Shown here: positions 1 through 11,030 of the stretch, in pieces
Position numbering within the stretch: position 1 is the stretch's first letter
Layout of the letters: each line of letters starts with the position of its first letter
From: Gonapodya sp. JEL0774
Taxonomy: Eukaryota
Reading direction: 5' to 3'
DNA: 59,340 bases
NCBI GenBank assembly: GCA_027604505.1
Contig: JADIIX010000139.1
Coordinates: forward strand, 1-59,340
Translations under genes and position numbers: made by a program
Notes under the pieces: model-generated
What the model saw: only the letters and a program-made list of their open reading frames with translations
Database searches by the model: none
Told to the model about the DNA's origin: nothing

Positions 1-979
1 TGACCTGCTGTGTCACACAGGCCACAGTGATGACTCATCCAAACACTTTCCCAAATCATCCCTGGAGTCCAAATCCAGTGTATACAAAATATTGTATCAC
101 CAATGGTATTCCACCCATGACTTCAAATGCTTCACCCAAACAAACGTTTTATTTTGGTGACCAGGGATGTTGTGTTCAATGAGGGATTTATCAAGAAGAG
201 ATACCTGCCATTCCGTGATCATGTTGGATTTGACACTATTGCAGCAGAAGATGATCTCTTTGTTCCGAAGTTTCCTGTTCAGAAGCCTGATGAAGATCAG
301 CACTTGGGACACGCTGGTGGTCACAATGATGACGATTCTGGTGATAATCATCCACCTGCATCCAGGAAGAGGGCAGAACCTGCACATATTGCACCTGATG
401 TAGTGGATGTTGTGCCAGAAGTACCTGTACGTCAACAAACACCACCACCCCGTCCTGCACCTTCAGAGCCTCCAAAACTGCAGAGAGCCTCACGTGTCTC
501 ACACAGATTTCCAGAACCTGCAAGTCCAACTCCTGAACGTCTTACACGTGTTAGACGTGATAGCTCACCTGATCCAGTTGCAGATATGAGTTACAGCCCA
601 CCGGGGTTTATTGCCTCAGGGAGTGAACGTGGAACTGTGGGGAACAGTCCGTCCATCCTTTTGATTCTGCAGATCTGCTTGTGCTGAATTGCATACTCAA
701 GAAGTTTGACGAAATTAACGAGCCAAAGTCTTACAGAGAGGCCATGAGTTGCCCTTACGCAGACCCACAGATATATTATCTTGTGAACCACCAGTGTCTC
801 CTACTTGCTCAATAATTAGACACAATGACAAGGGAAAAGAGCGAGCTACAGAAACTGCAACTGTCAGATTTACTGTGTCTGCCAACCTGCTCCTAGCAGC
901 ATACCCTTGTTTAAACTTCCAGTGGTTATTCCTGCCACCAAAATAGATCCAACCCCTCCCATCCATTTTTCTAGACAGG

Positions 980-1334
980 TAAAGCCCTGAGCAAGCGAGA
1001 TGGGTGTAGAAAAATTGAGCGAGCTGCGAGTTGAATTTGGTAAAACTCACAAGTTACTCGCTCAAACCACGTCTGGAAATTCACCCTCCCAGCGCCCCCC
1101 CACCCCCCACACACCACCCCATGGCTTCAATGACATGTAAAGCTGTATAATTGATTTTATCTCTACATGATAGTGAATGGGAAATTGGTTAGAAGAAGGA
1201 GCATGGAAGCTTCGTGGGTACTGGTCCCGGGATGTGGTTTGCGAGCGAGTTACGAGTTGACTATTGTTACAACTGAGCGAGCAAGTTATGAGTAGCGCTA
1301 AAATGAGCGAGTTACGCGATCGCTCACAGCTTTA
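980..1334. mobile_element. Non-autonomous hAT-like DNA transposon (MITE), 355 bp, nested in the copia relic
   Basis: 8-bp direct repeat TAGACAGG at 972-979 and 1335-1342. Imperfect terminal inverted repeats TAAAGCCCTGAGCAAGCG versus reverse complement TAAAGCTGTGAGCGATCG (14/18). Internal GAGCGAG(TTAC) subterminal repeats. Confidence 0.8.
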
Positions 1335-3326
1335 TAGACAGGTGCCTAAAATCTGCACCTGCTGTTCCTGTTGACCCAAAACTTTCTACTTCTAGCTGAA
1401 CTGCTCATCCCTCTCAGGGGGAGACTCGTGTTCAAAACTTGGACAACCCTTTTGTTGATATGGTAGTGCCAAATGATGCACCAGTGGATGAGACCCATAT
1501 TTGCAGAAACGTAAAGCAGGGGAGAGCTTGCAGACTTTGCCTGATTCTCCTGTTGACCACCTAACTGATTTTCAGAGGGAGATTTTGGAACACAGTATTG
1601 ATGAAATAACTGATCCTGCACACTATCCTCCAGCATATATTAACAGTGTTGCATACAGCAATTGGGTTATGAAGCATGAAAGACATTGTTGTAGCTCCTC
1701 GAACATTTACTGAAGCTGTTTCTTTATTGGATGCACAATTCTGGGATCAAGCAATGAAGAAAGAGGTTGGTTGGTTGAATGACTATGGAACTTGGGAACT
1801 TGTACCTCTTGATACAGTACCAAAACATCAACTGGTACTCACTGGAAAATGGGTATATGAAGCAAACAGATTCAGGATGCTTGGATTTATTTTAAAGCAC
1901 GCTGGTGTGCTTGGGGATTTAGTCAGAAGTTTGGAATTGATGACTGTGATACTTTTGCTCCTACTATGAATGGCACAGCCTGGAAACTTCTCTTGGGTAT
2001 CTCTGCCAAAGACAGAAAATCCATTTGACAATTTGATATTGCGAATGCTTTTCCAAACGGCAATCTTACTGAGAACGTTTATATGGAACAATCTCATGGG
2101 CTGATTAAACCTGGTTTTGTTTGCAAGGTCAAGAAATCTCTTTACAGTCTTAAACAAGCTGCCAATGTTTGGCACAGCACTTTGGTGGAATTTTACTTAG
2201 TATTGGATTCTGATAATTCTGTCTTTGTTCACAATCCTGAGTCTAACTTGGTGTAATTGTGGCAATCCATGTGGATAATGAATTATCAGTTGCCAATACT
2301 GATGAGATCAATGATACATTTATTAGAGAGCTTGAGGGACAACTCAAGGTTTAATTGGGCACTGCGAAAAATTTCCTTGATTCCCAGATTCACTGTGACC
2401 CTGTTACAAAAACGATTACTATCACCAATGAACGGAAGATTCTTGTTCTTGTCGAGGAATTTGATCTTTCCAGTTGTATTCCTGCTAGCACACCCACTCA
2501 TTGGGGTAAACTTCTATCTTGTGATGATTGCCTGACTACTGAAGCTGAATATGTTGGCATTAACAAAGCCCTCTATCAACATGGTGTGGGGCAATAAATT
2601 TATAGTTCTCACTAATCAGCCCATTGTGCTACTGCAAATTGCATTCTTTGTGAAGCATTGGATAATCCTAGCAAGAAACACTTTGATGCTTTAATTTACC
2701 TGTCGTGCTACCTCAAAGGAACTGCTTATTATGGCATTACTTATATTGGGAATATGATCTGTGGAAGACTACTAAGCGCTTTGATGTCCCTGGTTACTAT
2801 GATGCTTCTTTTGCTTGTGACAGGCATGATATGAAGTCTTGACAAGGACATCTGTTTATGCTGTGAGGGGGAGCCATCAGCTGGTCATCTGGAAAGCAGG
2901 AGCTTTTGACGGATTTGACAACATACACAGAATTTGTCTCGCAACAACATGCTGTCAAAGAACTATTGTGGCTCTACAATATCTTCTCATATCTTCTCTG
3001 AGCTTGGAAAACCATTGCTGTTGAATGTGGAAGTGATTGGAAAAGGCAAACCAAATGAAGTATTTTATATGGCAATAACAAAGGGGCACTGTCATTAGCT
3101 CACAACCAAAAGAATCACAAAATGATGAAGCATTTCAAGCTCAAGTATTTCTTTGTTCGTGAGGAAATCAAGAACAAGACACTTCAACTATTATGTATTC
3201 CCACTGGAAAGAACACTGCAGATGTCCTAACTAAGTCACTTCCCAGGGATTCATTTCAGAAATACAGAGCTAATACGGGAATGTCTGAGGTACATGGTGG
3301 ATCATGATGTTCATGATCAGGGGGAG

Positions 3327-3459
3327 TGTTGGTGCATGGACACTATGTGTATTATCTGTATGTTTAGTGGGTAAACTATATTTGCCCGTCATCATAGATG
3401 AGCAACACTGACTGTAATACACTGTATTGCACATAAGGCAGGGAAACACGATTCCAACA
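3327..3459 (+). repeat. Putative 3' LTR of the copia element (~133 bp)
   Basis: Polypurine tract AGGGGGAG (3319-3326) is immediately followed by TGTTGG. The matching inverted end CCAACA lies at 3454-3459, just after the RNase H stop. Confidence 0.7.
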
Positions 3460-3479
3460 CGTTCTAGGCGTCCAACGCA

Positions 3480-5100
3480 GTCCTCCCCCTTTTCTTTCTG
3501 TTGGTGTTGTCCTCTGCGGTCCAATCCTTGTCCACATCTCCCATTTGTAGTGGTTGTGTCTTGGAGAGTGTTTCTGTGGCATTCTGTATTATGTCTGATG
3601 GAGAAGTGGATGATCATAATCAACACCGCCAACACCACTCCCACTCACCAGCTGCAATCTTTATATGCTGTTTTCTTTCGGCCAATGCATTCTCCTTGTT
3701 TTTGGCAAGGTTGGCATTGAAGGCGCCTTGCTGTTATGACATGTGAGTGCAACAGTGATATCCCCACATGTCAAAACACAAGGTATCACTCATTCACTGT
3801 GTTTGCATACTCCTCCACCATTGCATCCAACGCCAACTCCTCCTCATTCTCACCTGTGAGCTTTTTTGAAGCTGTGTTCCACTGCTCCAAGGCAATCACA
3901 AGGGTCTTGACCCAGTGATTGGTGTTCTGGTGGGTGACCTTTGCATGCAGCACCAGGTTCTCCTTCCTCTGTTGAGCAGTTACAATTCACTTGTTCAAAC
4001 AAGTCGTACAGAAAAAGCTTAATCTAGTTTATCCGGCGACCATAGCACCGTCCCCAAGTGTGTGCACCAAGTTATCCACGTTCCCTAGTGTAGCTCACTA
4101 ACAAATAACGCTAGAACAAAACTGTAAAGGACAAACTTGTAGACAATTTTATGGCAAGTAGTTCCGCTCCATTAATTATTCTAGAATTCCAACTCCCCGT
4201 GGCGCTAGAGCCATCCAAAATGTCAAAACACCCATATCTCAACATCCTCAAGGCCTCCACAATGTCTATCTAGCGCTACTGCATTGTGTCTTGCTTTTCT
4301 GTTGCCTCAAACTGCCAGATTACATTGGCATTGCACATGAGGACTGCAGACGACATGCAGTTCCATGTAAAGTACTTCCTGGAGGACATTTTGATAGTAG
4401 TAGCCACTGTTCCCATGTCAATTGGCATGCTTGTAGTAGGTGCTTGGTGTTGTGTATTGGTGACAATGTTCTGGGTGATTGTTTTGAGTCTCGCAGACTC
4501 TGTCATGTATGGCTTTCATGGGGAGCCGCAGATGAAGATGAAATAGAACTATATGAACCAAGTTGCATAAAAAAACTTACCTCCTTCTCTTCTTCTGTCA
4601 TCTTAGTCCTCATGTCTCTGATTGCACCTCCAACCATCCTGAATCCATACTCTGGATGATCTTTCCTGATCTGCTTCTCCTTTGATTTCTGGAGCCAGGC
4701 CAAGCCTGAAGGTGGCAGCTTTGCTTTTCCTGTGATGCTGCTGGTTTGCGTGGGTGGCTGGGTCTCTCTGACGCAGCTCTGGGCTTGTGTTTTGGTGCTG
4801 ACTCACTTGTCACATTGTCAGTTGCGGGGATGCCATCTGCAATACACAAGAAAGCACCACATTACTAGTATTAGATTGTGATTGCTGTTGAGAAATGCTT
4901 TTCAATTGCACTCTCACTGTGCGAAACCAGGTCATCAGACTCACTGCTGCTCCCCATGAAATTTCTGCTACGACTTGGAACACGCAGCACCTCCTCAACA
5001 GCGTTGTTGGTAGATTAATATGTTTCAAAGCCTATGGAGGACTTTGAGGAATTAATTGCAATGTCTGGGAATGGAGAGCATGGTGTGCAGCAGGTGAAAA
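3480..5100 (-). pseudogene. Decayed coding relic with an HMG-box-like segment, interrupted by a solo LTR
   Basis: 'KQIRKDHPEYGFRMVGGAIRDMRTKMTEEEKEV' (~4580-4680) resembles HMG-box helices 2-3. Removing the solo LTR joins the frame 'IDIVEALRKENLVLHAKV...ENEEELALDAMVEEY'. Many stops elsewhere. Confidence 0.35.
3970..4244. mobile_element. Solo LTR, 275 bp
   Basis: Begins TGTTGAG and ends CTCAACA (7-bp inverted termini, TG...CA). Flanked by the 5-bp direct repeat TCCTC at 3965-3969 and 4245-4249. Confidence 0.8.
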
Positions 5101-5750
5101 ACCAGGGTTGCTTGGCAAGTGACTCTTTTGTATTCATCACAAATTGACTCATGTAATATAATAAGCCTTATTGTACTGCAGCAATGCGAAAAAATGAGAC
5201 CAATCACACTTGACTTTACCAGTCAAACAAGCAGAGTTTTGGCCTCCCAATTCAGGCTCAAGAATTGGGAGGCACCCAATATTTTCACCACCTGTGCCAC
5301 ATACCTTGTGTGCACCAAAGTCATGAAAACTAAATTCTGCGCAACCTCTCTAATACCACAGGCTACTAAACAGGCTCTTACTTTGCAACCACACCACACA
5401 GGCACCCTGTCCCTCAAGGATTAACAGTTCTATCTGAAAGTCAAAGACAAATCAACTTCTTCATGTGGAATTCATTGAGAAGCACACTGCAAAGACGGGG
5501 ATGGTGGACATTCAAAGAGGATCATAGTGTTTGACATCCAGGGGAGTGTTGGATATTTGTGATGTTGTGTGTACTATAGGTGAAACCTAGTTCAGTTATC
5601 AGCTGAGCACACCAGTGTGAGATATACAAATTACTTCTGCACACAAACAGGACCCCCCATTCCCTTGCAAAACTTCTCATTTTCAAAGATTGATGTTCAG
5701 TATTTCTTCTATTTTTACAATTTAAATGAAATGATGCCATGGCAAAAACT

Positions 5751-7479
5751 CTAGGAGCTGTAAAGCAATGCCACTAAGAGGTCACAATTCCGTCAACTAC
5801 TCAGATTAAGGATTCATCATAAAAATTTCAAGTGCCACTTACAGAGAAAAATGAAGGATGCTGTTGCTGTTGAGAAAGCACCAGCATAGTAAGGAAAGGC
5901 CACAGGAAGGAATCTATCATAATCATTGTGTTGGTACTGTTGGACTGGCAAAGTCTCCTTTGTGAGAATCCAAGAATATCCAGGTCGTCTATAGTCCACT
6001 TTGAAAGTGAACACCCCATACTGGTCTGGAAGTTGAAAACGTGCAACATATTTTGTTGAAGAAGACTTGGAGTTTGGTAGTGGCCTCAAAGTGGCTCTGA
6101 TGTAAGGGTCAATCATCACAGCTTCAAATTGGATGTCATTGGCTTGGAACTGCTGCCATGTGTCATCTTTATACTCTGCCAACTCAATTTCATAAACCTA
6201 TTCAGCAAAAAATAATGTGTTAATAGGAGAAGAACTGGTTTGAGCTTAAAGAACAATTTTATACCAATTTATCTTTGATTCTGTAGAGATCTCTCTGCAG
6301 GACTTCCTCCTCTTTGTGATGATGAACACTTTCAATTCTCAAAACACCCTTCTCCTGGAAGGTCCACTCTGAGACATCACTAATGAAGTTCAAGTTGCCA
6401 GACTTTGATATTCTATGTACACAGTTGCTGGTTTATGTGTGAAAATCTGCAAGAACTGGTCAGGAGTACCTACTGTCCAGATGCTGTGCTGACAATATCA
6501 GAGTTGATGAATCTAAACACCAACAGTCCCTAACTCTATTAAAACATGTCTCTGACACAACTAAAGCACAGATTACTCACAAGTCTGTGAACAGCTCCAA
6601 TGACCCAACAAAAGTCACTCTGGCATTGCTCCGCGTCTGTGCAGAACCAGCCAACACCAAATCTTTGCCACTGACATAAGGCTGATCTAGCACCGGACTT
6701 TCTTCTCGGGGGCTCCATGAGTATGTGGATGGGGAGCCGACAAGAAGTTTTGTGAGAAGGGGGTTTCTTCCGAACTTCAGTGCGATTCCACTGTACAAAA
6801 CAGGTGGCCCAGAGATAGTGGACGAAGACCAGATGCCTGAGTTAGAGCTGAAACCATTTACAACGACTGTTGTGTGCGGCAACCCCGTTCCAGTGTCGTT
6901 AAAGGCAAAGTGGTCGATCACTCCAGTGTCTGACTCATCAAATCCTACACCAAACTCAAAAGCGAAATCGCGAGCGACGTCGAGAGGGTTCGGAGCTACT
7001 GCCCAGAGGACATTGCCTTCCAATTTCACGAAGTCCACCAATTTTGATGCCGAGAGAACCCCTTCACGACATAATGTATGGCGAAAGCGATTACGCACAT
7101 TGATTTGAAGAAGAAATATCACTGCTCTTACTAGCTCACCTGCTTCCTCTTTGCTAAATATGACTGCATGGTCATATACCCGCTCTCCGAAATCGACCAG
7201 CTTCACATTAGAGTCAGCCACCTCCCTCACATGAATTTCATATCCACGATCTTGCAATTTCATCGCACGTAGCTGATAAGTTTGTCATACTGGGATCGTG
7301 AATGTAAAATATCCTTTCGACTTGCCTGTGAGAGATGTCAAGAAGGTGCCGTATCTTGTTCGATCGTCGATCTTGTCTAGCAGCACGACAAGCCGGGGGC
7401 CCGTCACAGATTTCGCACTTGCATTGCCTAATAGAGTGACGAGAATAATTGCGGACCAGAAAAGAGTGCGGCCCCTCAT
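5751..7479 (-). CDS. WBP1: Oligosaccharyltransferase subunit Wbp1/OST48 (multi-exon)
   Basis: Signal peptide MRGRTLFWSAIILVTLLGNASA, then 'RLVVLLD', 'DRGYEI...LVDFGERVYDHAVIF', 'QTRSNARVTFVGSLELF', 'FQLPDQYGVFTFKVDYRRPGYS', 'HNDYDRFLPVAFPYYAGAFS' and a C-terminal TM segment. Confidence 0.93.
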
Positions 7480-7600
7480 GCTTTCGGAAGAGTGTTCTTA
7501 AATTGCCAACATATCTGTGGTCAGTAGGAATCAACCCTGCGGGGTAGGCGTTCCCAAGTCAAATTACAACACTATCTGTCAGCAAAGACGTCGGTTGGAC

Positions 7601-10600
7601 ATGTCTCGAGGGATAAACGCAGTCGATGTAAGCACGTTGCCGGCGCATCCGTGAAGCGAGTCTGCATACCTCCGCTAAGTGAGTTGTGTGTCAATAATTT
7701 GCCCAGGCAAAGATTACCACAGGGGACAAGTGGAAAGAAGAAATCGCGAAGCCGGGTCTCTTGGGTAAGTCTATCACATCATTGCTTGGCCTTGTCTAAT
7801 ACTTCAACTGATGGTTGACGGCTTGTTTCACGTCACCAGTTGCTGATGGTAGGTGGCCCGTACGGACCCTCTTCAGTTCTTGAATTGTTGTTCGATGCAG
7901 TGAATTACAGTGTACAGCTCATGGGTTGGACCATGTGAAGCCGTGATAGCGAGTTTTAAAAAGCTAAAGACGGAGCACCCTGAGAATGTTAGGTTTGTGC
8001 AGGTGAGAGGACGCCAAAAGTCTGACTGCTAGAGAATGCATTCTCGAAACCGAGCGCATCACTTGGTGTTTATCACTCTGAAACCCCAGGTACAGAGTGA
8101 CAACATCGAAATTTTATCCAAGTATCGGGACAACTCTTGCCCGCACATACTTATATTCTTCGTAAGAAGTTCACATTTGCTCCTTATTGGCGTTTATAAC
8201 AATCTCGTCGTAGGATGGCGATGTGCTACGTGTTGTGCGGGGACCTAACGCCCCACTTATCGAAAAGACGGTGAAGGAGCAAGTCGACTTGGAAAAGCGG
8301 GGTCAACCGCACAAACCTGTGAGTCGCATCCGGCCTTCTTCCTCCTCTGACTTCTTATTGAGCACTGTTATCGTTTCCAGTACGAAGACATTGAAAATAG
8401 CCCCAATATGGATCAGCTGGGAAGCATAAACAGTTCATCAATGTTGCAGCTCGAACCTCTTACCGACGGCCTCGAGCGAACAGTGGCCATGATCAAGCCG
8501 GATGCAATGAATCCTGCCGTCGTCGAGCAGATTCTTGACATACTGACAATGAATAGATTCGAGGTTGTGAAGAAACGACGGGTGTGGTTATCAAAGGAAA
8601 ACGTCCGGCAGCTGTACAAGGACCACGAGGGTCGGCCCTACTTTGATGACCTCACTGGTTATATCTCGAGGTGATTCATGCTTCATCGTTCGTGAGGTAC
8701 TTTGTTGGATTACACGCGATTCGTGGGACTACTTTGCAGTGCGCCAATGCTTGTTTTCATCCTTGAAAGAGAGAACGCAATAAGTGTCTTACGGGAAGTG
8801 GCCGGCCCACCTAACTCAAAGCGAGCAAAAGAAGAGTTCCCCAAGAGGTACTTTCGAACAGAACCCTGCACTTGATATCCCAATTCACTTGTACCCACTT
8901 GTTACGTTCCTTCGCAGTATTCGGGGGATGTTTGGAACAGATCAATCTCGAAACGCGATCCATACTGCTGCTACGGCCGCTGAAGCAAAGAATGAAATGA
9001 ACTACCTTTTCGGTAAGGATGTAAAAACCTTCGAGGAGTCAGAGACTATAGAAGAGCCTTCAGCAACACTGTCGAGGACATTTGCATTGATTAAGCCTGT
9101 AAGTTGAGTCTTAAGCCACTTTCAATGGAGCGGTTAATGAAGTCTGAACTTGATGAAAGGATGCGATCGCCGCGGGTAAAATGGAAGCAATCGTTGAATC
9201 CATTATTGCACACGGATATGAAATCGAGAAAAAGAAAGAAGTCTACATATCACAGGATATGGCAGCAGAACTATTCCGCAAAATCGTTGACAAACCTTAC
9301 TATTCACTGGCGGTTAATCTTCTCACCAGGTTCGCTTGAAGTGTGAAGAGTCCGGTAAAAATGATGATGAAGACCACTATTTACAGCGCTTCATCGCTCG
9401 CGCTCATACTGCGAGGTGACAACGTCATCAGCGGATGGAAAGAGATGATCGGCCCTTTTGATCCGAATAAAGCGAAGGAGCTGTCTCCAAACAGGTACAG
9501 AATCTTCTTACGGTGTCAGTGTGAAGCTGATCTTCTCTGGCCTTCAGCATTCGAGCCCTCTATGGGGAAGACGAAATTAAGAACGCCGTACACGGGAGTG
9601 ATGATCAAGAGAGGTATATCCCAGTGCTTTTCTTTTTTTTTGTCGCGACGATGTATTGACACAAGGCTTTTCTTCACACCACTCTTGAGTGCTGTGCGAG
9701 AAATCAACTTATTCTTCCCCAAAACATCATCAATGATGAATCTACGACCAATGACGGGAAGGAATGTGGATCGGCCAGAGAGGACACTTGGACTCATTGT
9801 AAGTTCTGCCGCATTTAAACTGAGTGATTGGATCCATGAGTATCCAGAAAAATCATGTCACCACAGAAACCGGACGGATATCCCATTCACAAAGATGAAA
9901 TCATAGGTAGAATCAAGAGTTCCAACTTTGAAATTGTTCAAGAGAAGGAAATGAAATTTGAGCGGCGCATTGCAGAATTGTTTTATCAGGAAGTAAGTTA
10001 CGTGACCCATTCCCTTTGTGTGAGTCTCAGTCCAAAAAGCATTTATCCCAAACCCCAATAGCACAGGGAACGTCCATTCTACGAGGGTATGTTTCCCGTG
10101 TAGTCTTTGTTTATTTCCAAAACTCATAAAAGTGGGCATTTTCTGCAGAATTGGTCACGTGGATGACGAGGTAAGATTTGCGTTTACGGGCATCTTCATT
10201 TGCGAGAAAAACTTCATGCATTCTTACAACGTAGTGCACCAGTGTATGCTTTTATCCTGGAGAAAGATGGAGCAATCAAAGCATGGCGACAGTTGATGGG
10301 ACCTACCAGTCCCCAAAAAGCTCGAGAGGAAGCTCCGGAGTCGTATGTTCACGTTTGACTCTGCGGACTTCCGCCAGTATCCTTAGCACACTCCTAATGT
10401 TCTTATGCGTTTCAGACTGCGCGCCCTTTTTGGAAGCGAAGGAGCAAGAAACACTGTCCATGGGTCTGATAGCCTGCAAAGTGCTCAACGTGAAATATCC
10501 TTGCTTTTCCCAGACGTTAGCTCAAAAGCCCTTCCCAAGGTAGGAACGACTCTGAAAGCGCGTTGGAACCATGCCAATTAGAGTTTACATTTACGTCAGG

Positions 10601-10971
10601 GTCCTTCAAGCACGACAGACGTGCTCGCCGATTCGGAAACGAGCAAGGTGGACACCGAAAAGAACGGAGCCCGGTCAGAGTCAGAGCCTGTTGGAGACAG
10701 ATCTTCGAATAATGTTGGGCCGCCTGATCAACTTGTTGCGGAGCCTGATCAAAATGTTGCGGAACCTGATCAACCTGTTGCGGCCATTTCAGTTTCTGAA
10801 ATGGTGATTCCCCCATCAAATGATGTGCCAGCTGAACCAGCAGCTGGAAATGTTCACGCATCTAAAGCCTCCCTTCGCAAGAGTCAGAATATATCAAAAG
10901 GGTCTACCTCGAAAAGTGGGAGCCAGAACCTGATCAAAGTATCCTCCAAGAGCTCTGTTACAAAGCCCTAA
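7601..10971 (+). CDS. NME8: Thioredoxin-like domain + three nucleoside diphosphate kinase domains (NME8/TXNDC3-type, axonemal dynein-associated), multi-exon
   Basis: Spliced N-terminus 'AKITTGDKWKEEIAKPGLLVADVYSSWVGPCEAVIASFKKLK'. NDK starts 'ERTVAMIKPDAM', 'RTFALIKP', 'ERTLGLI'. His motifs NAIHTA, NAVHGSD, NTVHGSD. Low-complexity tail. Confidence 0.82.
10723..10783 (+). repeat. Coding 21-bp tandem repeat x3 (PDQLVAE/PDQNVAE/PDQPVAA)
   Basis: cctgatcaacttgttgcggag / cctgatcaaaatgttgcggaa / cctgatcaacctgttgcgg. Confidence 0.85.
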
Positions 10972-11030
10972 ATACACCTCTAAATTGTGCATACGTGCAA
11001 TATCGTTATATTTTCATGCCTTTCACTTTA

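Larger units (their letters stand above)
1..3459 (+). mobile_element. Degenerate Ty1/copia LTR retrotransposon (integrase C-terminus, RT, RNase H fragments, PPT, 3' LTR); 5' part outside window
   Basis: Fragments with frameshifts and stops: 'KRFILVTRDVVFNEG' (copia integrase tail), 'PRTFTEAV...WDQAMKKEVGWLNDYGTWELVP...LTGKWVY' (RVT_2 start), 'KHFKLKYFFVREEIKNKTLQLLCIPTGKNTADVLTKSLPRDSF' (copia RNase H). Domain order IN-RT-RH is copia-type. Confidence 0.9.

Noticed and set aside
5100..5500. Faint resemblance to a pogo/DDE_1 transposase segment
   Set aside because: Catalytic motifs are not recognisable; too degenerate to support.
7915..7945. Possible selenocysteine in the thioredoxin motif
   Set aside because: The codon replacing the first Cys is GTT (Val), not TGA.
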